Source: Xanthobacteraceae bacterium (GTDB taxonomy: Bacteria; Pseudomonadota; Alphaproteobacteria; Rhizobiales; Xanthobacteraceae). From it: a stretch of DNA of 64,000 nt. The stretch spans positions 4,730-68,729 of the forward strand of contig DATAQN010000250.1 in assembly GCA_036264635.1 (NCBI GenBank). Reading direction: 5' to 3'. The position numbers were made by a program, and so were the translations under genes. The notes beneath the pieces are model-generated. The model was given only the letters and a program-made list of their open reading frames with translations, made no database searches and was not told the origin of the DNA. Positions 17,514-25,262 of this stretch are shown here, piece by piece; within the stretch, counting starts at the first letter, position 1, and the number at the start of each line of letters is the position of its first letter.

Positions 17514-18626
17514 ATGTCCGACGGATGGATCGCAGAACAACTAAAGCCGCTTTCTATGTTTGAATTGGCAAAATGGTGGGCCGATGGTCTGAAAATCGCT
17601 GGCGCAGGCAACGGCGCTGGTGTTCTGGCGTGCATAGTGGGACTTCAAAGCTATCACGGCATTCTTTTAAAGGTGAGCGGCGTCTCGTTCTCTATTGGCA
17701 TATTCGCATTCGTGTTGGCGTTTGCTATGATCCACAAAGCCGTGTTTGCGCAAGACGAGGTAGCACACGCGGCACGCCGAAAGGATGTGGCAGCGATTGA
17801 AGCGAATTCCGCCCTCTCCGGCAGTTCGATGATGATAGCTAATTATTGTGCTATCATTTCAGTCGTGGCGTTTCTCGTCGGATGCTTCGTAGGGCTGGTG
17901 GGCGTTTTGGGGTCTGACACCAGAATTCAACCGTCTCAAAGCGTTCCAGCACAAGCACCAGTCCAAACTGCATTGAGAGAGATCCCAATGCAAGAAAATG
18001 CATGGCAATTTGGTTCGACCCAGCTTTTGACTGTCATTGGGTTCGTTATCACCATTGGCATAGCAATCGGCGGATTCAGAACGTTCGGACGATGGAAGCG
18101 TGAAAAGATTGAAGAACGACGAATTGAAATCGCCTTCGAGGCTCTATCTATCGCACAAGAATCAAAATTGGTGTTTGGTAGAATACGCAATCCTGCTGGC
18201 TACGAAGCCGAATGGAAGGCGATGCCAGTTAAAGAAGGGGAGACCGAAAGCGATCGCAGTATGCGCGGCGGATCATACGCGATCTTGGCCCGGTTGAGTG
18301 CTCATGCAGATTACTTTGACAGAGTGTCCAGACTTCAGCCAAAGGCTGTTGCAGTCTTCGGCGACAAAGCCGAACGTGCCTTCCATCATTTAAACGCAGC
18401 GCAAGACTTAGTTCGCGAGGCGGCAATGCAACTTACTTGGTTTTTGCCTGTGCACCCTGAAAAGCCGACAAAAGAAGATTTCGACATGCGAATGAAATTG
18501 CGAGGTGATCTATGGGCAGGATTTCAAAAGCCGGATCGCGTGGAAAACGCGGTTATTGCATTCCGGTCAGAAGCGGAGGCCGCGTTCAAGCCCGTCATTC
18601 AACGCAGGTTTCAATCAAGCGGCTAA
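17514..18626 (+). CDS. Orphan membrane protein (about 4 TM helices plus a C-terminal soluble helical domain), island gene A
   Basis: ATG 17514 (MSDGWIAEQLKPL...). Hydrophobic stretches GAGVLACIVGL, VSFSIGIFAFVLAFAMI, MMIANYCAIISVVAFLVGCFVGLVGVLG and LLTVIGFVITIGIAIGGF. About 47% G+C. No known motif. The track ORF start at 17334 seems too far upstream. Confidence 0.7.
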   Translation: MSDGWIAEQLKPLSMFELAKWWADGLKIAGAGNGAGVLACIVGLQSYHGILLKVSGVSFSIGIFAFVLAFAMIHKAVFAQDEVAHAARRKDVAAIEANSALSGSSMMIANYCAIISVVAFLVGCFVGLVGVLGSDTRIQPSQSVPAQAPVQTALREIPMQENAWQFGSTQLLTVIGFVITIGIAIGGFRTFGRWKREKIEERRIEIAFEALSIAQESKLVFGRIRNPAGYEAEWKAMPVKEGETESDRSMRGGSYAILARLSAHADYFDRVSRLQPKAVAVFGDKAERAFHHLNAAQDLVREAAMQLTWFLPVHPEKPTKEDFDMRMKLRGDLWAGFQKPDRVENAVIAFRSEAEAAFKPVIQRRFQSSG

Positions 18627-19091
18627 ATTGGGATCGTTAGCGAAACGTCTATTTCGGAGTTGCTGAGCATTCGGGGTCGAAATGCAGGCTAGTTCATTTT
18701 TCTGAATCGCTTCAACCAATACCTCAAACCAAGCCGCGGCATCACCGTCCAAAATGGATGGGTTCATGGTTGGCTCCCGGTCCGCAAGCAAGCATGCAGC
18801 CTGGATGACAGCAAACTGAGACTTGTGCCGCCAAATTTCGTAATTTGGTTTCGGTCTGACGCCTGCGTGCGCCAATCTGAGAAAGGCTGGAAAGACGAGC
18901 GCGTATGCCACGTGCACCAAAGTCGCCAAGGCCAGCACGGCAATCACCGGAGCCGGTAAATCTTTCGCATAGGACCAAAACGTTAGTGCCGCAGTGACGA
19001 AGAAGGCAACGACTGCTTTGCGCCACTCAAAATAATCGAGGACCGGCTCGACCCATGGAAGGGTCGCAATGATTTTTTCTTTAATACTCAT
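18615..19091 (-). CDS. Orphan 2-TM membrane protein, island gene B
   Basis: 158 aa with an ATG start. TM stretches AVVAFFVTAALTFW and PVIAVLALATLVHVAYALVFPAF are followed by a ~75-aa soluble tail. The start lies 18 nt downstream of gene C. Confidence 0.65.
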   Translation of the reverse strand: MSIKEKIIATLPWVEPVLDYFEWRKAVVAFFVTAALTFWSYAKDLPAPVIAVLALATLVHVAYALVFPAFLRLAHAGVRPKPNYEIWRHKSQFAVIQAACLLADREPTMNPSILDGDAAAWFEVLVEAIQKNELACISTPNAQQLRNRRFANDPNLAA

Positions 19092-19109
19092 AATCTGAAC
19101 TTCGTGTGT

Positions 19110-19631
19110 TCAATCGTCCGCCCGCTGATCCCATTCTTCACTTAGCTTCTGAAGGTCCCAAAAGCTCTTTGGACCAGCGTCAATGTTTGGCGTTCTACGG
19201 ACGCGGTCGATAAACAGCCGAGTTCGATTGTAGGAATCGGGAATGACGTAACCCCAATATTGATGGGCGACCGGATCGGAAAATGCCTTCGACCTAACAC
19301 CCATTGCCAGCATCTCACAGATATTAAGCCATTTTATCAATGCGATGTAATCGGCATCGGTATGCTTCAAAACGGGCCGGGACACGATCGCGGCGATATT
19401 CGGAAGTTCTGCTCTGAAGTCGTTGTATATTTTGAATGTGTTTTCATCCATTTCTGTCTTGAAAAAGAAATCTATCGTCGCGCGACGGCGGGCAGTTTGC
19501 GACTGAAACCGTAGATTCAGCAGAGCGACGATCACTCCGACGACAGTTGTGATCAAGGCAAGAAGGGCAACGGCTGCTGTTCCGATCGGTGCAAGCTTCG
19601 CAAGCTCCTCCCAAAAGTGAATGTCCCCCAT
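19110..19631 (-). CDS. Single-pass membrane protein, DUF4760-like, island gene C
   Basis: ATG 19631 is preceded by GGGGAGAGAG. TM stretch GTAAVALLALITTVVGVIVALL, then RRRATIDFFFKTE...IKWLNICEMLAMGV. Architecture and length (174 aa) resemble DUF4760 from memory. Needs an HMM check. Confidence 0.6.
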   Translation of the reverse strand: MGDIHFWEELAKLAPIGTAAVALLALITTVVGVIVALLNLRFQSQTARRRATIDFFFKTEMDENTFKIYNDFRAELPNIAAIVSRPVLKHTDADYIALIKWLNICEMLAMGVRSKAFSDPVAHQYWGYVIPDSYNRTRLFIDRVRRTPNIDAGPKSFWDLQKLSEEWDQRADD

Positions 19632-19819
19632 CTCTCTCCCCGCGGTGAGCATGAACGCTTCGGTTGCATTGTGCGACTGAGGCACGCTACATTTCAATTG
19701 TTTTCTAATGTCCGTCCTTGTCACTTCGGTCAGGAAACGGGAAAGGGGAGGAAGCCAATAGAGTTGCCGCCCCACGATGGATGCTGAAGCGTCGCGCCCT
19801 CGCTGGGGTTGATTGAAAA

Positions 19820-20869
19820 ATGCGAAAGCTATTCTCGACACTTTTGGCGCTCATCGGCGTGGCGGCTCTGATGCCTGAAGTCGGTCCCCATGACGCCGCG
19901 GCGAACGTATGTAGTTGGGTGTCATTTTGGGGTGCGTGCCTCCAGTCGCTGCCACTTTCCTTTGATAAATGGGCCTGGTTGTTCCCGGCCGTTCTATTTG
20001 CGACAGCATTTTCTGTTCTCATTTGGACGCCAGCTTTCCACCTCTTTAAAAAATGGAGCGATCGTCACGGTTTGATCGAACTACGAGAAGCTGCCGGTTT
20101 GCTATATGGCGAATTGCGGGGGACTGATCTCGGCCGCTTTACCGAAGGGCTTACGGAAAGTGAAAGCGAAATATTAGACAACGTCGGAATGCAAATTCTC
20201 CACAACGCGCCAGTGTATGTACGGCGTTCTCCGTCGCCGAAATGGGAACCCTTTCCGCGATCCGAACTAAGCAAAATGGGCGTCTGCAACGGCGCGACTG
20301 GTATTCGATATTGGGGCAGAGATCAGGTCTTTTATACCGATCCGAAAGTGTCGAGGCGCGAGCTCCGGCGCGTTTCTAAACACCTTAGACAAAATGCGAA
20401 TTTCGCTGGTGAATGGTCGAAGGCGCGCCGCGCGCTCGAGCAAGCATCGCCGCTAGAAATCATCTTTGATCCGTCGAATCCAAACAGAAGATTCTGGTCC
20501 GTCGAAACAGCGAAAGATGAAAAAGGTAAGCCGCTAGGGGCGTATTGGGAATACCGAGCGCTCATCAGAAACAACTCTCATAAGACGCTGAGAAACGTGA
20601 AGGTCATTATCGAAGCTATTGGTCCAATGCCTAGTAGGCCGGAGCCATCTTATTTCGATATGAACAAGCAGCAATTAATAGACTTACATCCGCAAGACGA
20701 GGCATTAGCTGTAATACGACGTTGGTTCAATCCGCCTATAGTCGTGGGAATGGCGAGCGGCGCGGATATTTATGGCCCAATCAAAATGACAGTGAGCGCT
20801 ACTGACATCACGCCAGCTGAAAAACTGTTTCATTTCGACCCGGAGCGAACGCCGATGATCTATGAGTAG
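19820..20869 (+). CDS. Orphan membrane-anchored protein (2 N-terminal TM helices plus a ~270-aa soluble region), island gene D
   Basis: 349 aa with an ATG start. Hydrophobic LFSTLLALIGVAALM and WAWLFPAVLFATAFSVLIW. The C-terminal half looks beta-rich (NVKVIIEAIG..., IKMTVSATDI). No known motif. Confidence 0.7.
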   Translation: MRKLFSTLLALIGVAALMPEVGPHDAAANVCSWVSFWGACLQSLPLSFDKWAWLFPAVLFATAFSVLIWTPAFHLFKKWSDRHGLIELREAAGLLYGELRGTDLGRFTEGLTESESEILDNVGMQILHNAPVYVRRSPSPKWEPFPRSELSKMGVCNGATGIRYWGRDQVFYTDPKVSRRELRRVSKHLRQNANFAGEWSKARRALEQASPLEIIFDPSNPNRRFWSVETAKDEKGKPLGAYWEYRALIRNNSHKTLRNVKVIIEAIGPMPSRPEPSYFDMNKQQLIDLHPQDEALAVIRRWFNPPIVVGMASGADIYGPIKMTVSATDITPAEKLFHFDPERTPMIYE

Positions 20870-21028
20870 GAAAACGCGAGTAGGTCAAAACCAAGATGGC
20901 CCATGTCAAATCAGCGGTAAGCTACGGACAGTTCAGCGCGGAAGTGAGATTGAATTATGGTGACAGTGCGCACTCGATTGCCTCCTTCGCCAGAAGGCTT
21001 GGGTCAGCGCCTAGCCGGCCACTAGACC

Positions 21029-21583
21029 TTACTGATCAACCGGTTGCAGCTCGCACTTCGCGGCGGCCAGCGCTTGGCGCGCCATTGGCATGAGGCCGGG
21101 CTCTGGCGCCAGTGCGCGCAACACGATGAGGCCGACGGTGCTTGGTGACTCGATGATCAGCCGGTCGGCGGCGGTGACGTCTTCTTCTTCGGGCATGTCG
21201 GCGTGCTGTACCGGCGTCATCAGATCGAGCTCGATGGTGCGGCGGCCGGCGGCGCGGTCGTTGATGGCGTAGTAGGCGACGCTCTTTCGCGTGTAGAACG
21301 TCACCGACGTATAGGCTTGGCTCACCGGCGCTGTCAGCTTGATCGAGCCGTTGCTCAGATCGTAGCGGCATACCGCGGCGGCGAAGGCCGGATCCATGAA
21401 CGGCATGATCGCCTGGCCGGCGGTGGGCGCCGGCAGCGGCACCATCGTATTGACCGGCGTGACCGGCGATAGCCGCGAATAGGCGTCCTGCTTCGCCGCT
21501 TGCGGCATGGCGAGCACCGTCGACAGATGCACGATGCCGCCAAGCAAAAGACCGCTCAGGATCCAGAGCAGTGCACGGATCAT
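21029..21583 (-). CDS. Membrane-anchored DUF1254-like protein
   Basis: 184 aa. N-terminal anchor MIRALLWILSGLLLGGIVHL. 4-nt ATGA overlap with the upstream DUF1214 gene. The family call is from memory of the common DUF1214/DUF1254 pairing. Confidence 0.65.
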   Translation of the reverse strand: MIRALLWILSGLLLGGIVHLSTVLAMPQAAKQDAYSRLSPVTPVNTMVPLPAPTAGQAIMPFMDPAFAAAVCRYDLSNGSIKLTAPVSQAYTSVTFYTRKSVAYYAINDRAAGRRTIELDLMTPVQHADMPEEEDVTAADRLIIESPSTVGLIVLRALAPEPGLMPMARQALAAAKCELQPVDQ

Positions 21584-22158
21584 GAGCAGCCCTTTCGGGT
21601 AATCGTCGGCATAGGTCCTTCTTTGGTGGTCCCGGTGGAAACGCCGATCGGCGTGTCATAGAGGCGCAAGATCAGGACGAATTTGTCGGCGCCGCCGGTC
21701 GGCAGCCAATTGCCAGGCCGCGCCAGCGGCGCCACCGTGATGGCAAAATTGCCGTTGCCGCCGCGGACGATCTCGTCGCTGGTAAAACTGTGCCGGTCGA
21801 TGGCGTTGGCGACGAGCCTGCCTTCCGGATCGTAGAGCGTGATCGTCCAATATCGCGCCGCCGGCGTCATACCGCTGACGACGAAGGTGCAGCGGCCGTC
21901 GAAGGTATTCTTGGCATCGTCGCTGCGGGCATAGAAGGCGACGCCGTCACCCATGCCGGTCGGCAGTTCGCCGGTGCGCGCGATATTGGCGCGCGCATAG
22001 GGGTCGATATCGACCGAGCCGCTCTTCGGCCATGCCGTCCAGGCGCCGACGTTCAGCGAGCCGAAAGCAACGCCACGCGTCAGCGTCAGCCATGTGGCGC
22101 CGAGCCCGACCGCGGCCGCGATAAGGAAAGTTACCAGTGAGCCTAACAGCAGCCGCAT
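21580..22158 (-). CDS. DUF1214 domain protein with N-terminal anchor
   Basis: 192 aa. ...ARYWTITLYDPEGRLVAN...GNWLPTGGADKFVLILRLYDT is typical of DUF1214. Confidence 0.75.
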   Translation of the reverse strand: MRLLLGSLVTFLIAAAVGLGATWLTLTRGVAFGSLNVGAWTAWPKSGSVDIDPYARANIARTGELPTGMGDGVAFYARSDDAKNTFDGRCTFVVSGMTPAARYWTITLYDPEGRLVANAIDRHSFTSDEIVRGGNGNFAITVAPLARPGNWLPTGGADKFVLILRLYDTPIGVSTGTTKEGPMPTITRKGCS

Positions 22159-22179
22159 GAGCGAACCGGATTGATGGGG

Positions 22180-24441
22180 CTAGTCGCCGCGCGGGCTTGA
22201 GGCCGTGACGCGATCGGCGGCCGTGGCGACAGTATCGGGTGAGGTGAGCGCGCTCTGCTTGCCGTTGTCGAGCGTATTCGCGGCTCCGGTCGCCGCATCC
22301 TGCGCGCTGAGCGCGTGGCTCGCATCATCGAACATATGCTCGACGGTGATGAGCGCTTCGGTCCCCTTGCGCGTGAGCAGCGCCGGATGCGGATCGACAT
22401 TCGCTACAGAAGCGTTGTCGGGCATGGGCGGGGCATGTTCGGGCGCCGGGAAGCCGGGCAGGGGCCGCAATTCGATGCCCTGATGAGCGTAAGACATGAT
22501 GTTGTGCCAGGTCTGGGCCGGCAGCGTGCCGCCGGTCATGCGCTTGGTCGGCGAATAATCATCGTTGCCCATCCAGACCGCGCCGACGAAATTGCCCGTG
22601 TAGCCGACGAACCAGGCGTCGCGCCAGCTATTGGTCGTGCCGGTCTTGCCGGCGACTTTGATGCCGTCGAGCTGCGCACGCTTGCCGGTGCCGTTTTCGA
22701 CCACCGAATTCATCATCTTGATCATGTCGAGCGCGACTTGCGGCGAGATGACTTGCTTCGGCTTCGACCCGTCGCGGTCGAAACGCCAGACCAATTGGCC
22801 GGTACCCGTACGCACTTCCAGCGCCGCATGCGGCACCACCGCGCGGCCGAGATTGGGGAACGTCGCATAGGCCACGGCGTGCTCGTAGACATAGACTTCG
22901 TCGGCGCCGATCGGCAGCGAAGGCGTGTCGGGCAGCGGCGCGTGAATGCCGAAATTGCGCGCGGTCTGCACGATCATGGCGCGCCCAAGCTTCGGGTTGC
23001 CATTGCCCAGCGCGATCGACAGTTTGACCGGTATGACATTGATCGAGTGCGTAATCGCCTCGATCAGCGTGACCCGTCCGGAATAGCCGCCGGCGTAATT
23101 GTGCGGGCACCAATTGCCGATGCAGACCGGCGAATCGTCGACCACTGACTGCGGCGTGAAGCCGTTGGCCAAAGCGGTGGCGTAGACATAAGGCTTGAAC
23201 GAGGAGCCCGGCTGGCGCAGCGCATCCGTCGCACGATTGAACTGGCTCGCGCCGTAGTCGCGGCCGCCGATCATGGCGCGGATGCCGCCGTCGAGATCGG
23301 CGAAGACGGCTGCTGACTGGCTGGCGCCGTAGTCGTGGCCGTATTGGCGCAGCTCGGTTTCGATCTCGTGTTCGGCATAGCGCTGCAGATTGGAATCGAG
23401 TGCGGTGCGGACCACGAAATAGCGGTCGGCGACCGATCTCGGGAACGTGTCGACGAGCTTGCGCATCTCGTCGAAGGCGAAGTCGAGGTAATAGTTCGGC
23501 GAGTCCTCGACGGTGCGGTCGATCGGCGTCGCAGGATTACGCCGCGCGCCATAGACCTGACCCTCGGTCATGAAGCCGTTGGCCACCAGGTTGTCGAGCA
23601 CGACATTGGCGCGGGCGCGCGCCGCCGGCAGGTTGACCAGCGGCGAGAACTTGGTCGGCGCCTTGAACATGCCGGCGAGCATCGCGGCTTCGGACAGCGT
23701 CACGTCGCGCACCGATTTGCCGAAATAATATTCTGCGGCCGCGTCGACGCCGAAGGCGCCACCGCCGAGATAGGCACGGTCGAGATAAAGCTTGAGGATT
23801 TCGTTCTTGGTCAGATGCGTCTCGAGCCACAGCGCCAGGAACGCTTCGTTGATCTTGCGCTCGATGGTGCGCTCATTCGACAGGAACAGGTTTTTGGCCA
23901 GCTGCTGTGTCAGCGTCGAGCCGCCTTGCACCACGCCGCCGGCCTGGGCGTTGGTCATCAATGCACGGAACGTGCCCTGAAAATCGATGCCGAAATGCTC
24001 ATAGAAGCGCCGGTCTTCGGTCGACAGCACCGCCTTGATCAGATGATCCGGGAACTGATCGAGCGGCACCGATTCGTTGTGCTTGATGCCGCGGCTGCCG
24101 AGTTCGTTGCCGTAGCGGTCCAGGAAGGTGACGGCGAGATCGGATTTTTTGAGCCAGTCATCGTCGGAGGTCTGGCGGAAAGCGGGAATGGCAAGCGCCA
24201 GCATGAGGAACAGGCCGCCAGTGCCCAGCGTCGCCATTTCCGACAGCGGTTCGACGAGAATCCAGCGGCGCCAGCCGGCGACATGCCAGCCGTCCATGGC
24301 GGCGGTGAAGCGCTCGTAGAGTTCCCGCGCCCATTTTCCGGCCAGGAAAATCGCGAAATCGATACGGGCGTCGACATCGAGCAGGATCCGCCGGAGCTTC
24401 GGCAGCCACTTGTTGCCAGGATCGGGGAGCATATCCGTCAC
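22180..24441 (-). CDS. Class A penicillin-binding protein (bifunctional glycosyltransferase/transpeptidase)
   Basis: 753 aa. GT51 motifs STEDRRFYEHFGID and GGSTLTQQLAKN. Transpeptidase motifs SSFKP and KTGTT. Confidence 0.92.
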   Translation of the reverse strand: MTDMLPDPGNKWLPKLRRILLDVDARIDFAIFLAGKWARELYERFTAAMDGWHVAGWRRWILVEPLSEMATLGTGGLFLMLALAIPAFRQTSDDDWLKKSDLAVTFLDRYGNELGSRGIKHNESVPLDQFPDHLIKAVLSTEDRRFYEHFGIDFQGTFRALMTNAQAGGVVQGGSTLTQQLAKNLFLSNERTIERKINEAFLALWLETHLTKNEILKLYLDRAYLGGGAFGVDAAAEYYFGKSVRDVTLSEAAMLAGMFKAPTKFSPLVNLPAARARANVVLDNLVANGFMTEGQVYGARRNPATPIDRTVEDSPNYYLDFAFDEMRKLVDTFPRSVADRYFVVRTALDSNLQRYAEHEIETELRQYGHDYGASQSAAVFADLDGGIRAMIGGRDYGASQFNRATDALRQPGSSFKPYVYATALANGFTPQSVVDDSPVCIGNWCPHNYAGGYSGRVTLIEAITHSINVIPVKLSIALGNGNPKLGRAMIVQTARNFGIHAPLPDTPSLPIGADEVYVYEHAVAYATFPNLGRAVVPHAALEVRTGTGQLVWRFDRDGSKPKQVISPQVALDMIKMMNSVVENGTGKRAQLDGIKVAGKTGTTNSWRDAWFVGYTGNFVGAVWMGNDDYSPTKRMTGGTLPAQTWHNIMSYAHQGIELRPLPGFPAPEHAPPMPDNASVANVDPHPALLTRKGTEALITVEHMFDDASHALSAQDAATGAANTLDNGKQSALTSPDTVATAADRVTASSPRGD

Positions 24442-24626
24442 TAACGCGCGCTCCGGAAATCGGCTGGAACCACGAGTCCCGCTCTCTCAGCCGACGAAGG
24501 TTATACGGCCATAATTTAGTTAAAGCACGCTGACCTGTGCGCCGGCTGTGGCCAACGCCGTCATTATCACACGGCGGGTGGAATCGGGGGTAATTTGGGC
24601 ATAGTTAGGTTCGCCTGGAGAACAGC

Positions 24627-25127
24627 ATGGCAACGGCGGACGACAGTCTCGACGATATTCCGTTCTGGCGGCGCAAGTCGCTGGAGGAGATGACCGATTC
24701 AGAGTGGGAAAGCCTCTGCGACGGCTGCGGCCGATGCTGCCTCAACAAGCTCGAGGAGGAGGGCAATGACGCCGACACCTACTACACCGACGTCGGCTGC
24801 CGGCTGCTCAATAGCGAAACGTGCCGCTGCCGCGACTACGCCAACCGGCTCGAACTGGTTGATGATTGCGTGCAGCTGACGCCCCAAAGCCTCAAAACCA
24901 TCAATTGGTTACCGCCGTCCTGCGGTTATGTGCTCGTCGCCCAGGGCAAGGACCTCTATTGGTGGCATCCGCTGGTCTCCGGCGACCCGGAAACGGTCCA
25001 CGCCGCCGGCGTCTCGGTCAGAGGCCGCGTCAGCGCGACCGAAGAGACCGTGCCGGACGAGGATCTTGAGGATCACATCGTCAGTTGGCCACAGAAGCTG
25101 CCGAAAGCGGCGCGGCGACGGAGGTAA
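24627..25127 (+). CDS. ycgN: YcgN (UPF0260) cysteine-cluster protein
   Basis: 166 aa. [28 protein letters not shown]...CRLLN..TCRCRDY. Confidence 0.85.
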   Translation: MATADDSLDDIPFWRRKSLEEMTDSEWESLCDGCGRCCLNKLEEEGNDADTYYTDVGCRLLNSETCRCRDYANRLELVDDCVQLTPQSLKTINWLPPSCGYVLVAQGKDLYWWHPLVSGDPETVHAAGVSVRGRVSATEETVPDEDLEDHIVSWPQKLPKAARRRR

Positions 25128-25262
25128 AAATCCTCCTCGTTTTCACGGCGGGACACATGCACCCCTGGTCTGCGATTTGTGCTGTTGCAACAATGCGCTG
25201 CGGCAGCCAATTGGTGCGCGGCGGCGCCTTCGGCCCACCAGTGGGCTAAACCAATCAGTGCG

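Noticed and set aside
20896-21093. 65-aa ORF at the right edge of the low-GC island
   Set aside because: It has no RBS, overlaps the 3' end of the DUF1254-like gene on the other strand, and changes composition midway. It is likely spurious.
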